Virus record (IMG/VR): IMGVR_UViG_2834368228_000004
Span: 96,001 to 160,000 of that record
Length of the DNA: 64,000 nucleotides
From: a virus
Taxonomy: Duplodnaviria > Caudoviricetes
Reading direction: 5' to 3' (one strand)
Within the stretch, counting starts at the first letter, position 1, and each line of letters begins with the position of its first letter. The notes under the pieces were generated by a model. That model saw nothing but the letters and a program-made list of their open reading frames with translations, did no database searches and had not been told where the DNA came from. This document shows positions 1 through 9,839 of this stretch, in pieces. The position numbers and the translations under genes were made by a program.

Positions 1-159
1 GATCCTTCAGTACGAGCCGCTGAAATGTTAAAGGTACATGAAGACATGGCTCGGATTGAACAAGAAGAGAAGGAAGCTGAATTAGCCTATTATAAAAAAA
101 TGAATTCAAGCATTCCCGATGTTATTGATGTAGAACCAATAGATTTTGAAAAGGAGTGA
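1..159 (+). CDS. 3' end of an unidentified phage protein (partial)
   Basis: Frame 1 is open from base 1 (DPSVRAAEMLK...DVIDVEPIDFEKE) to TGA at 157-159, overlapping the RBS of the next gene. Confidence 0.7.
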   Translation, partial: DPSVRAAEMLKVHEDMARIEQEEKEAELAYYKKMNSSIPDVIDVEPIDFEKE

Positions 160-164
160 GAAGA

Positions 165-488
165 ATGAATCCAAGACTTATTGCTAATCAAGCAGTTAAC
201 AGTTTTAGAAGCATGGGGAGAGATGTCCGTTCTACTTTTACAGGTGATGGTAAAGACTTAACTTATGCTTTTCGAACCCCAGAAGCAAGAGCGGCTTATG
301 ACAAACTTCCATTAGATCAAAGAGCAGGACATAAATGGGATAGAGGTAGCTTTAACCGAAGACGTGCTGCTGCCGCTGCAGGTGCCGCTTACGTAGGTGG
401 AGATGCAACTTACCGAACATTAAGTGGTGGTTCTGCTTATCGAAATAGCTCTGGAGAAAGTGACGTTGTTGGGATTCCAATGATATAG
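165..488 (+). CDS. Small basic Gly/Ala-rich hypothetical protein, possible internal virion protein
   Basis: AAGGAG RBS before ATG 165; hydrophobic stretch AAAAAGAAYVGG preceded by RRR. Confidence 0.6.
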   Translation: MNPRLIANQAVNSFRSMGRDVRSTFTGDGKDLTYAFRTPEARAAYDKLPLDQRAGHKWDRGSFNRRRAAAAAGAAYVGGDATYRTLSGGSAYRNSSGESDVVGIPMI

Positions 489-498
489 GGGTGAGACT

Positions 499-840
499 AT
501 GGCTAGGGCTGGAAGGTTTATACAAGGATTAAAAAGAGAGTTTAATCCAAAAGATCCTTTTATTAAAAAAGTAGACTATCGAAATGTAAATAACTTATGG
601 ACAGGTAGAGAAGTTGGTGGAAAAGGAAAAATTGCAATTGCAGCAAGTGCCATTGGCTTTGGTGGGCATCAAATTTATTCGGCTCCATATGAGCGTATTA
701 GGCAAGAAGCTGAAATGCAAGCTCCTCAATCACTTCCTGGAACACGTGGAGACATGCAAGAGTATACACCAAATATATCTAATATGGAAGTCAGCGGAGA
801 CTTAGCATTTGCTCTTCATAATTTAAGGCATGGCGGGTGA
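499..840 (+). CDS. Small hypothetical protein with a Gly/Ala-rich hydrophobic segment
   Basis: GGGGTG RBS; segment KIAIAASAIGFGG. Confidence 0.65.
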   Translation: MARAGRFIQGLKREFNPKDPFIKKVDYRNVNNLWTGREVGGKGKIAIAASAIGFGGHQIYSAPYERIRQEAEMQAPQSLPGTRGDMQEYTPNISNMEVSGDLAFALHNLRHGG

Positions 841-845
841 TATAA

Positions 846-1277
846 ATGGCAGTAAAACAAGAACCACAGAATGGAAAAGGTTCAATAAATAAATTAAATC
901 GTCTTAATGCTGGATTAGGGATTGGATTTGTTGGAGTAGATTCATACATGCGTATGCAAGAGGGAGAATCTGCCCCTGTTGCAGTAGGAAAAGCTTTATT
1001 AACAAATGCAGTGTGGGCAATGGCTCCTGGAGGAGTTTTAGGTGGACTGGCAATATCTGCAGGTGCCGCTGCCGTGCAAATCGCACCAGATCTAATTAAT
1101 AAAGCAGAACAGAAAAAAGCTGAATTTCATCAAAACTTAAACCGTTTTGGAAGTAACTATCAGTCAACAGCTGCTCAGCAATCCCTTCAACAACAAGGAA
1201 TTAATCAAATTCAGCAAGCAAGACAGCATGTCGCTAATGTAGCGAATCATGCCCGTGGAGCACAACGAGTTTATTAA
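846..1277 (+). CDS. Gly/Ala-rich membrane-tropic protein with a Gln-rich C-terminus
   Basis: Segments AGLGIGFVGV and PGGVLGGLAISAGAAAV; Q-rich helical tail. Confidence 0.65.
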   Translation: MAVKQEPQNGKGSINKLNRLNAGLGIGFVGVDSYMRMQEGESAPVAVGKALLTNAVWAMAPGGVLGGLAISAGAAAVQIAPDLINKAEQKKAEFHQNLNRFGSNYQSTAAQQSLQQQGINQIQQARQHVANVANHARGAQRVY

Positions 1278-1291
1278 AGGAGGATAAAAAC

Positions 1292-1705
1292 ATGTATATG
1301 GCAAGCAATGAAGCTTATAACCCTCAAGCAAGCAATCAGCCATACCAACGAGTTGATTCAGGAATTGGAGTGGGTGCTGTAGCGGGATCTTCTATTGCTT
1401 TAGCTTCAGCAGCTGCAACAGATTTTGGAATGAGTCGATTTAGACAAACCAGAGAAACTGGCAGAACAATGAGTAATGAAAATGGAAATATTAATATTGA
1501 TAGTAAAGCGTTACGTAAACTTTCTCCAGAAGATCGAAAGGCTATGGGAATTGATACGATGGCTCCTGTTGAAAAAAGAACAGTAATGGGTAATACTCGT
1601 GGAATGTTATTTGGTAATAGTAGACTTGGAAAAGTTGCAAGGTATGCGGGTTATGGACTGGCTGGGGGCGGCATTGGAGCTGTAGCTGGAATGTATTCAG
1701 AATAG
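1292..1705 (+). CDS. Glycine-zipper-like small protein
   Basis: AGGAGG RBS; GIGVGAVAGSSIALA near the N-terminus and YAGYGLAGGGIGAVAG at the C-terminus. Confidence 0.65.
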   Translation: MYMASNEAYNPQASNQPYQRVDSGIGVGAVAGSSIALASAAATDFGMSRFRQTRETGRTMSNENGNINIDSKALRKLSPEDRKAMGIDTMAPVEKRTVMGNTRGMLFGNSRLGKVARYAGYGLAGGGIGAVAGMYSE

Positions 1706-1715
1706 GCTGTAAGCA

Positions 1716-3500
1716 ATGGAAGCATTAGAGTCAGTAGATCTATCAGAACAAGAAATGGATGAAGTGGAGAGGGAAATACGGAGTGATCCTATTAAGTGGG
1801 CTTATTGGAAATTAAAAGACCCTAAAGGGAATCCGTGGAAAGCTCGATGGTACCAAAAACTCATGATTAAAGACATCATGGATGGTGATAGACGTATTGC
1901 GGCAAGGATGGGCCGACGTGTTGGGAAAACAGAAACAATGGTTGTATTTTGTTTATGGTATGCCTTTCACAACAAGAATTCTCGTCTTTTAATCGTTACT
2001 CCTTACGAGCATCAGGTTCGATTAATATTTATGAGACTTGCAGAGTTAGTTCGTGATTGCGATGAAATGGCTGGTGTGAATATAACCAAAAATCCATTTA
2101 TCGCAGATTTCCCAAATGGAGCCAAAATCATGGGCTTTACAGGTGGAGCCAATTCTGGTTCCCAATCAGGCGCCAGCGTTCGTGGGCAACGAGCTGATTT
2201 TATCTTCATGGATGAAATCGATTATATGAGTAGAGATGGTATTGACGCTGTAACAGCTATTGCAATGGAAGATCCTAAGAGAATAGGAATCTGGGTATCT
2301 AGTACACCAACTGGTAAGCGTGATTTTTTCTATGAAGTTTGTACAAATCCAGATACTGGTTATAAAGCTTATCATTTTCCTTCCATGGTTAACCCTGACT
2401 TTGATGACTCGATGGAAGCAGAGCTTCGTTCAACTATGACAGCTCAAGGTTATATTCATGAGGTAGAAGCTGAATTTGGTGAAGAGACTGTTGGAGTATT
2501 TAATAAGGCAGCAGTAGAAAAGGCTAAGTCACAATACTTATATTCTTACAGAGAACTGAATTCTTATGAGAAAGAACAGTATAAGAAACAGGGTATTAAT
2601 TTAAAAGATATAACGTACTTCCCTGAATATACAAAAAAGAATCCTGCACCACCTGCACATAGAATTGTAGGGGTTGATTGGGATAAATACGGAACGGCCA
2701 CTCAAATCATCGTAAATGAGTTCGATGAAGTGATTAAAAAGTTTCGAGTGGCTAAAAGATATGAGATTCCTAGAGGAGAATTCACCTATGATAATGCCGT
2801 AAATAAAATTATAGAAGTTAATGATATTTGGAGCCCTAAGTTTATCTATATTGATGCGGGGCATGGGGAATATCAGTACGAAGCATTGAGAAAGCATGGG
2901 AAAAACAATCCTGAAACAGGTATGTTAACTAAAGTGAAACGTATCCACTTTTCCCAAAATATTGAGATACGAGATCCAGCAACAAATGAAGTTTATAAAA
3001 AAGATGCAAAAAACTTTATGGTAAATCAGACAAGTATTGTGGTTGAACGGAACCAATTAGTCCTTTCTCCTTTTGATGATATGGTATGGAAACAAATGAT
3101 GGATTATCAGGTAGTTCGTATATCGAAAACTGGTAAGCCAGAGTATACATCAGAAAATGAACATGCACTGGATGCACTGATGTTAACTATCTTGGGTTTC
3201 ACCATTGAGTTTCCTGACATAACGAAGATACTTGATAAATTTGAGCCAGCACGAAAAGCATTTCGTAAAGATGGTTTACAATCAAAATCAGTACAAGAAA
3301 AGGTTTATGGCACTGAAAGTAGTGTATTTCATCATAAGAGTAAGAAGCGAGAATTGGAGCCTAGAGATAATCCGAACTGGCGATTAGAGAAAGTGCCTTT
3401 AGGATATTCGAAAAAGAGGTCTAATTCACGTAAAGCAACATCTCTGGCTATTGGTAGGAGAGGTGGAAGCTTAGGATCCTTTAAGAGATCGAGAATTTAA
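1716..3500 (+). CDS. terL: Terminase large subunit
   Basis: WYQ adenine-binding motif, Walker A MGRRVGKT, RGQRADFIFMDE Walker B, SSTPTG coupling motif, nuclease acidic motifs VGVDWD, IDAG and EHALDA. Confidence 0.95.
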   Translation: MEALESVDLSEQEMDEVEREIRSDPIKWAYWKLKDPKGNPWKARWYQKLMIKDIMDGDRRIAARMGRRVGKTETMVVFCLWYAFHNKNSRLLIVTPYEHQVRLIFMRLAELVRDCDEMAGVNITKNPFIADFPNGAKIMGFTGGANSGSQSGASVRGQRADFIFMDEIDYMSRDGIDAVTAIAMEDPKRIGIWVSSTPTGKRDFFYEVCTNPDTGYKAYHFPSMVNPDFDDSMEAELRSTMTAQGYIHEVEAEFGEETVGVFNKAAVEKAKSQYLYSYRELNSYEKEQYKKQGINLKDITYFPEYTKKNPAPPAHRIVGVDWDKYGTATQIIVNEFDEVIKKFRVAKRYEIPRGEFTYDNAVNKIIEVNDIWSPKFIYIDAGHGEYQYEALRKHGKNNPETGMLTKVKRIHFSQNIEIRDPATNEVYKKDAKNFMVNQTSIVVERNQLVLSPFDDMVWKQMMDYQVVRISKTGKPEYTSENEHALDALMLTILGFTIEFPDITKILDKFEPARKAFRKDGLQSKSVQEKVYGTESSVFHHKSKKRELEPRDNPNWRLEKVPLGYSKKRSNSRKATSLAIGRRGGSLGSFKRSRI

Positions 3501-3534
3501 GCGTATTGGAATATCTTAAATAATGCGTTGTTGT

Positions 3535-3621
3535 CCCCGCTATTTCTAGTGGGTGGAGGATAGAAACTCCCCTGTTTCATTTTTTTGCTTATTTCTCCCA
3601 AGGCGTAGTCTCTACTACGCC
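3535..3621 (+). other. Cluster of intergenic hairpins downstream of terL
   Basis: CCCGCTA-tttc-TAGTGGG, GGAG-n8-CTCC followed by a T-rich tract, and a perfect GGCGTAGT-ctct-ACTACGCC at 3602-3621. Confidence 0.5.
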
Positions 3622-3654
3622 ATACATAAATTTAAAAATAATGAGGTTAATAAA

Positions 3655-4890
3655 ATGGAGAATCATCAAAGATGGTATGGGAATAAAGGTATTGATACCC
3701 CATACGAAAGATCACTTATATATTATCGGCCCAATTTAGTTTTTCCAGAGAAAGAATCTAGTCATCCAATGACACTAGACGTAATCAGGCAAATTAGCCG
3801 ATCTCAAGATTTTATGATGACTTCTGCAATATTAGATTATCGTGCATTGGCTGAAAGGATACAGGAACTGCTAAATATGATTTTTGGCAGGGCAGAAAGT
3901 TCTTCATTTAGTGAATATTTAGAGCTGCTGAACGAGAACAAACTAACTGAAGTCATTGAATTTGAAAATAGCCATAATGGATATGATGGCACACTAGATT
4001 ATGAATTATATACAATGCTATATCTAATGAAGAAGTCAGTCGAAGAGCAAGCAGATTTTCTTGATGAAAACTATCGTACACAATACACAGATAAAACAGA
4101 AGATGAGCAAATGATAGAAGCAGAAGGAGAATCAATTAATAACTGGATTCGTACTGAGTATGATTTGTCAGCATTATATGATGAAGTAAGTCATGGAGCG
4201 GATTATGATCCTATCATTCAGGCAGAGATTGATGCATTAGAGAAGAAACGAAGAGACTTAGATCAATTGCATACAACAATTGCAGATTCAGCATACACAC
4301 ATCGGAATCGCTATCTAAACTTAGATGAGATTGTAGACAAAGCAGACATTCTTATTAATCAGCCACAACAGTTTATTGATGGCAATGTGGAGTTGTTGAT
4401 GAATCAATTAGCAAATGCAAACAATCTGCCAGATTTTCGCTCTCATTTAATTCTTAGTTTTAAAGAATATAAGCAAAAACATAATCTTATGAAAAACCAA
4501 TATATGATGATTGATGTACAGAAAGAAATATATGCTTCTGAAAGAAGTTATACTTACCAGCAAATTATGACCAAAACCAATGACAATATAAAAAATTGGT
4601 TATATGAGCAGCCGGAGGATACTGGGAAATCTTTTGACCTATTTGCTAATATCATGGTCGAATCTATCAAACAAACAAAGGAAGTATATGAAAATACGCT
4701 TGCAGATTTGATGAGTTTTTATCGACAAGAAGCAGTTTTTTATGGTCGCCAAATAACGCTTATCCAGAAAAAAGAGGAAATTAGACATTTTATTAGGATA
4801 ATTGAGGATTTAGAAGATGTGGTTAGACCATCCGAGGAATGGATTAAGGAGTACGTTCAGAACAAAGGATATGTGACTAGACAGACTTAG
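3655..4890 (+). CDS. Acidic alpha-helical/coiled-coil hypothetical protein between terminase and portal
   Basis: Long ORF; the GAGGT RBS supports ATG 3655 rather than GTG 3553. Confidence 0.75.
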   Translation: MENHQRWYGNKGIDTPYERSLIYYRPNLVFPEKESSHPMTLDVIRQISRSQDFMMTSAILDYRALAERIQELLNMIFGRAESSSFSEYLELLNENKLTEVIEFENSHNGYDGTLDYELYTMLYLMKKSVEEQADFLDENYRTQYTDKTEDEQMIEAEGESINNWIRTEYDLSALYDEVSHGADYDPIIQAEIDALEKKRRDLDQLHTTIADSAYTHRNRYLNLDEIVDKADILINQPQQFIDGNVELLMNQLANANNLPDFRSHLILSFKEYKQKHNLMKNQYMMIDVQKEIYASERSYTYQQIMTKTNDNIKNWLYEQPEDTGKSFDLFANIMVESIKQTKEVYENTLADLMSFYRQEAVFYGRQITLIQKKEEIRHFIRIIEDLEDVVRPSEEWIKEYVQNKGYVTRQT

Positions 4891-4895
4891 CTAAT

Positions 4896-4917
4896 TGTAA
4901 TGCATTTCATGTATAAT
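4896..4917 (+). promoter_or_regulatory. Palindromic box TGTAATGCATTTCA plus TATAAT upstream of the portal gene
   Basis: Box at 4896-4909, TATAAT at 4912-4917; the same motif recurs at 27621, 56220 and 62251. Confidence 0.7.
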
Positions 4918-4977
4918 GGTTTATGAAGAATTAACTTACACACCTATCTAGAGGTATGAGGAAGAGGAGGGACATTA

Positions 4978-7110
4978 TTGTCAAGACTGGTTTATAGTTT
5001 TATAAACAAACTGATTAGTAATGCGTCAGCTCCTTCCGCTCCATCTGGATCAACAAGAGGTGCTATTAATAGAGATCCAAAAGCTGTAAAAGCCAAGAGA
5101 GTCGGTTATCAAATAAGCAATGGCTCTGCTGGTGAAGCAGAAGAAATAGATATTGACTTAGAAGCGATTTCTCAGGCAATAAGGACAGATTCATATCTAA
5201 CACAAGGTGTTCTAACCTATCAGGAACTAATATTTAAATCAGGATGGACGCTACAGTCTAAAAATGAACAAGTATTAGATTATCTGAAGTTTCGATTAGA
5301 GATGATGCAAGTCGCTACAGGAATCAGTTTAGAGCAATTATTCGAGGGAATAGCAAGAGATATTGTTTGGTCAAGCAACTGCTTCATTGTTAAAGCAAGA
5401 GCTAGAAACGGTATTGGATTGCCACCTGGAGTAAGCTTAACTCCTGTTCTACCTTCAAAAGAACCGGTTGTTGGATATTTCTTATTACCTCCCCAAACAA
5501 TAAGTATAACGAGAGACGAAAATGGCACTGTAACTGGTTATACGCAAGAAGTTGAAGGTGGAGGCGATGCCATTGAATTTAAACCAGAAGATATAATTCA
5601 CATCAAAACAAATGTAAGGTCAGGTGCAGCATTTGGTGATCCTTGGATTGCCCCTGTTATAGAAGATATTCGTCTACTTCGTAAAATTGAAGAGAACATT
5701 TCCCTTCTTCTTTATAAACATATCTTCCCTGTATTGAAATATAAAATAGGAAATGACGAGCCAGGTCAAGAAGCTACTGATGAGGAAATAGAAGACGTTC
5801 AAGCTATGATTAATGGTATGGATAATGACAGTCTGTTTATAATGCCAAACCGACATGATGTTGACGCTCTAAATATCAATGCAATTGATGGAAAACCTTA
5901 CTTAGATTATTTTGAAAACCGTGTATTTTCGGGAATGGGATTGTCTCAAGTTGATTTCGGTAGAGGGGATACAGCTAACAGAAACACTGCAGATGCAATG
6001 ACAGGGAAGAAAGCGGACCGCATCAAAGGATGGCAACAAAGTCTCCAGTCTGCAATCGATTCTCTGATCATTGATGAATTATTAATTGAAGGTGGATTTG
6101 ATCCACTAGTGAATCCAGAATTTGATGTAGATTTTGTCTTCAATGAAATTGAGCAAGAACGATTGATAGCAAAAGAAAATCATGAGATTCACAAATTTAA
6201 TAGCAATCTTCAATCTTTTGAAGAGACACGAGCAGCGATTGGAAAAGATCCAACTGTTGATGAGTCCAGACTTCACTTTAATATGTTTGGAAACACAGCA
6301 AATGAAGCAGCTCAAGCAGCTACAGAGAATAAAAGTCAACCAGAGAACCAAAACGGAAAACGTGATGGTCCTAAAAGGCAGACAGAAAGTGAAAAGCATT
6401 ACAGTTTAGATGAATCAGATGAGCAAACACCTTTTCAATCTCTCTTAGAGAAAAATATTAAGCAGTCAGCTGACACATTAAGTCAGATATACGAGGATAT
6501 GAAGAAAAGCGTACTATATCAGATTGAAAGAAGAGAAAGTCGCAACACCTTCCCAATGAATATTAAATCAGGTATGATTCGATTCAATCAATTGGAGCAA
6601 GATCGTTTATCTAAGACTATGGAAAGTCATGCTAAAGAGATGCTTATGAGTGGAATCCTATCCGCACATGAATCTGTCAGCTCTTATAAACAGGTGAAAA
6701 TGTCAGTTGCACATGGTACAATTAGGACCTTTATCACTGAGAATAATAAGAGTTTAGAAGAAAGATTAAAAAAGGTAATCGATTCTCGTTTAAAGACGAT
6801 TACTTCCGAAAAAGAAGTAGGGTTAGCAATTCACTCTGTTTTTAAATCTCTTCAACATCAAATGATTTCAAGCGTAAAGAGTGCTTATGTGAAAAGCTAC
6901 AACTATGGTTACGCATTAGGTTTACTCAGTGCTGATGAGTCTTATGCTTCTGTTTATTATGAAGGTGAATGTAAATCTTGTTTATCACGCTCTAAAGAAA
7001 TTATAAACTTAAAACAATTTTCATCTTTAGATGAGATTGCTATATTTTATCGGATACCATCTTGGCATCCAAATTGCGAATGCGAATTGAAAAATGTTAA
7101 AGGAGGTTAG
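4978..7110 (+). CDS. Portal protein with a C-terminal MuF/SPP1 gp7-like Cys/His domain
   Basis: Position after terminase; portal-like motifs (FKPEDIIHIK, AFGDPWIAPV, GDTANRNTA); C-terminal CKSC...PSWHPNCEC; TTG start after GAGGAGG. Confidence 0.85.
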   Translation: MSRLVYSFINKLISNASAPSAPSGSTRGAINRDPKAVKAKRVGYQISNGSAGEAEEIDIDLEAISQAIRTDSYLTQGVLTYQELIFKSGWTLQSKNEQVLDYLKFRLEMMQVATGISLEQLFEGIARDIVWSSNCFIVKARARNGIGLPPGVSLTPVLPSKEPVVGYFLLPPQTISITRDENGTVTGYTQEVEGGGDAIEFKPEDIIHIKTNVRSGAAFGDPWIAPVIEDIRLLRKIEENISLLLYKHIFPVLKYKIGNDEPGQEATDEEIEDVQAMINGMDNDSLFIMPNRHDVDALNINAIDGKPYLDYFENRVFSGMGLSQVDFGRGDTANRNTADAMTGKKADRIKGWQQSLQSAIDSLIIDELLIEGGFDPLVNPEFDVDFVFNEIEQERLIAKENHEIHKFNSNLQSFEETRAAIGKDPTVDESRLHFNMFGNTANEAAQAATENKSQPENQNGKRDGPKRQTESEKHYSLDESDEQTPFQSLLEKNIKQSADTLSQIYEDMKKSVLYQIERRESRNTFPMNIKSGMIRFNQLEQDRLSKTMESHAKEMLMSGILSAHESVSSYKQVKMSVAHGTIRTFITENNKSLEERLKKVIDSRLKTITSEKEVGLAIHSVFKSLQHQMISSVKSAYVKSYNYGYALGLLSADESYASVYYEGECKSCLSRSKEIINLKQFSSLDEIAIFYRIPSWHPNCECELKNVKGG

Positions 7111-7117
7111 GTATGAA

Positions 7118-8563
7118 ATGCTTTACACATTAGAAGAGCACACTGCAAAGAAACTAGTTAGTGCTGCTCAGTTGAATGAAACTGCATCTATTGCTGCAAA
7201 GATCAGTGAGGAGAATGTGAAAGTCCTTCAGGAGTCAGCCAGTAATAAGAAGAAACGTAAGCTTATCGTTAAGATGGAAGCTATTCATACAGGTAGAACT
7301 AAAAACTTTACTTATTATACAGAAGAAGGATTAAAAGGCGGTTTAAAGTCTTGGACTACACCTTATAATAAGCCAGTTCTAACCCATCACAACTCTTATA
7401 ATGGAGAAGCTATTGGTCGAATTCTTAGTGCTGAATATAGTGACAGCACACTTTCTGGTAAAGGTGGATTAGTGTTTACTGTAGAAATTACAGATCCAAC
7501 TGCAATTGAGAAGGTTTTAGATGGACGATACCATACAGTATCTATTGGAGCATCAACAGATAAAGTTACATGTAATATCTGTGGAACAGATCGATCTCAA
7601 GAGTGGTGTGAACACTACCCAGGAAAGCAGTATGATGAACAGCAATGTCACTTTATTGTTGGAAACACCTATGGGAGAGAGGTTAGTTATGTAAATACTC
7701 CTGCTGATGAAAATGCTGGAAACCGCTCTGTAGAAGTCATCGATGAAAGTCAATCTAGCAGCACAAACGAGCATCAAAACTTAAAAATCTATCAAATGGC
7801 AGAGGGATTATATCAGGATGCAGATAATCCAGAAGTGAATCTATACGAACATTTAAGTGATGATGTTAAAGAAATGCTCAACTCTATGGCCGAAGCTAAA
7901 GAGGAGAAAAAAGATGACTTGGAAGATAAGGATAAAGAACTAAAAGACAAGGAAAAAGACAAGGTAGAAGAAAAGGACAAAGAGCCAGAAAAGGACAAAG
8001 AGCCAGAAAATCTAGAGGATCCAAAAGAACCTAAAGTTACTGAAAAAGATAAGGTTCCAAATGGAACAGAAGAAAAGGTCACTGAAAATCCTACTGCCCA
8101 AGTCGAAGAAGAATTAGATTCTGTAAAGCTTAATGAAAAAGTCATAAAGTTGCAAGCATCATTATCAGATCTACTTTTAAAAAATCAAAGGCTAGAAAAT
8201 AAACTAAGCACTGTTGAATCAGAAAATCAAGATCTACTGCTTGAAAAGTCAAAGCTTCTAGAAGATAAGCATTTACATTTAGCTGAAAAAGTTGTTGATT
8301 TAAAAATAAATCTTCGCAAAACAGATGTTATTGGAAAAGAGTATGACGAAGCAGTTTCTGAGCACACAAAACGCTCTGTTGATTCACTCAATGATTCATT
8401 AGTAGATTTATTAGCAGAATCTAAGTCACGCAAAACAATGGAACCAGGAGTTGTAAAAAATCCTGGGTTAAGTGAAGCGGATAAAGATGCAAAGCAAAAA
8501 GAGAAATTCAGTCTTGATGAAGGCGTAGAAGGCTTCTTGAAATTGTTAAGAAATAAAAAATAA
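7118..8563 (+). CDS. Prohead protease with a C-terminal scaffold region
   Basis: KPVLTHH...AIGRI, VLDGRYHTVSIG (candidate catalytic His/Ser), CNICG...CEH insert, EVSYVNTPAD; then a K/E/D/P-rich linker and coiled coil. Start could be 7094. Confidence 0.8.
   Translation: MLYTLEEHTAKKLVSAAQLNETASIAAKISEENVKVLQESASNKKKRKLIVKMEAIHTGRTKNFTYYTEEGLKGGLKSWTTPYNKPVLTHHNSYNGEAIGRILSAEYSDSTLSGKGGLVFTVEITDPTAIEKVLDGRYHTVSIGASTDKVTCNICGTDRSQEWCEHYPGKQYDEQQCHFIVGNTYGREVSYVNTPADENAGNRSVEVIDESQSSSTNEHQNLKIYQMAEGLYQDADNPEVNLYEHLSDDVKEMLNSMAEAKEEKKDDLEDKDKELKDKEKDKVEEKDKEPEKDKEPENLEDPKEPKVTEKDKVPNGTEEKVTENPTAQVEEELDSVKLNEKVIKLQASLSDLLLKNQRLENKLSTVESENQDLLLEKSKLLEDKHLHLAEKVVDLKINLRKTDVIGKEYDEAVSEHTKRSVDSLNDSLVDLLAESKSRKTMEPGVVKNPGLSEADKDAKQKEKFSLDEGVEGFLKLLRNKK
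7973..8008 (+). repeat. Exact 2 x 18-bp tandem repeat (KDKEPE x2) in the scaffold linker
   Basis: aaggacaaagagccagaa occurs twice in tandem. Confidence 0.85.
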
Positions 8564-8583
8564 GAAATAGGAGTTGAAATGAA

Positions 8584-9798
8584 ATGGCATTATTTGAAGG
8601 TATGAAGCCTGTAGAGGGCACAGCAGATCAATATGTTCGTTCTAATACGAAGTTGCAAGTGAGTACACACGATTCACCAGGTGAGAAGTTTTTGGTAGAC
8701 CCTCGTTTAAAACGATTGTTTCAATATCATTTCGGTGGTAATGGATGGGTAGTAATTCCAAAAGGTCGTATTGTAGCTCCATCTACAGATAATAATGGTG
8801 GAATTAAAAATGGTAATATTAAGGACTTTGATGGTAATGTATTTCGTCCAGTTCTTACTTTAGCAAACGGCGGTAAAGATGTCGTAGAGATTGGAAAAAC
8901 CGGTAAGGAACATACACGTGAAGCTAATACTCCAATTGGTGTATCTTATGCAAACATTTATGAAGAGTTTGTAGATGGATTTAATGGCATGCAGCCAACT
9001 ATTGAGAACGAAATTTACATTGAGTTACCTTACATTCCTAGTAGATCAGATGCTGAAGCAGTTGAGTGGGGAAGCCTTTATGACGCAGATCCAACAAAGC
9101 GAATCAAAAATGGCGATTACGTTATCTCTGATGAAAATGGTCGATTTATTAAAGCGGATTTTGAAACACAACGTGAAATTCTAAAAAATACAAATGCTTC
9201 TGCAGATGATAAATTCGCAGCACTTGCAGAGATTGCTAGATTACAAGAGCAAGTTCTTGGTCAAGTTTGGACAGTTGAAACAAATCTTCCACCACAGGGT
9301 TGGTTAGGAATGCTTGGATGGACTGATGAGCAACGTGCTCAGGACTGGAATCCAAATGGAATGACTGCAGATGATATTGATGATGAGTTCCCAGGTTATC
9401 CTTATGAAAGAACATATGCAAACACTGATGTTAAATCAAACAGATACTATCCTCAAGGAATCCCAGGATTAACAAATGGATCAAATCTTGAAATGCCTTT
9501 TGAAGACATTTTAATTGGTGAGATTAACCCAGGTCAAAAAGGTCGTCATGATTTCCGAATCCAACAAACTCCAGTAGTAGCAGGGTCACTTGTAGTGAAG
9601 ATTGATGGACAAGTAGTTGAACCAGACTATATTGATTATAAATCTGGCCTAGTTACATTAGTCGTTGAAACAAATGAAGGTGCAGCACCTCAAAAAGTGA
9701 CAGCTACATTTAAAGCAACTGGACAAACACCTGGTGTACCAACTGGATGGGACTTTAAAGGCGCTCAAGGAGCAGTTCGTATTTTACTTCAAAAATAA
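8584..9798 (+). CDS. Capsid-associated (decoration/stabilising) protein with an Ig-like insert
   Basis: Lies between protease and MCP; IKNGDYVISDENGRF motif seen in capsid cement proteins; beta-rich DYIDYKSGLVT module. Confidence 0.55.
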   Translation: MALFEGMKPVEGTADQYVRSNTKLQVSTHDSPGEKFLVDPRLKRLFQYHFGGNGWVVIPKGRIVAPSTDNNGGIKNGNIKDFDGNVFRPVLTLANGGKDVVEIGKTGKEHTREANTPIGVSYANIYEEFVDGFNGMQPTIENEIYIELPYIPSRSDAEAVEWGSLYDADPTKRIKNGDYVISDENGRFIKADFETQREILKNTNASADDKFAALAEIARLQEQVLGQVWTVETNLPPQGWLGMLGWTDEQRAQDWNPNGMTADDIDDEFPGYPYERTYANTDVKSNRYYPQGIPGLTNGSNLEMPFEDILIGEINPGQKGRHDFRIQQTPVVAGSLVVKIDGQVVEPDYIDYKSGLVTLVVETNEGAAPQKVTATFKATGQTPGVPTGWDFKGAQGAVRILLQK

Positions 9799-9839
9799 CA
9801 ATGAATTAATGAATTGATAGACATAAGGAGGAACACGTA

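Noticed and set aside
1716-3500. Intein or intron in the terminase
   Set aside because: Length is normal and motifs are contiguous; no splicing or homing-endonuclease motifs were seen.
3553-3654. Longer N-termini given by the ORF track (3553; likewise 10935, 27625, 60303)
   Set aside because: The extensions cross hairpins, terminators, operator boxes or the previous gene; downstream ATGs have proper RBSs.
4896-4909. Palindromic boxes as canonical CcpA cre sites
   Set aside because: All four copies have central TGCA and lack the conserved CG core of cre.
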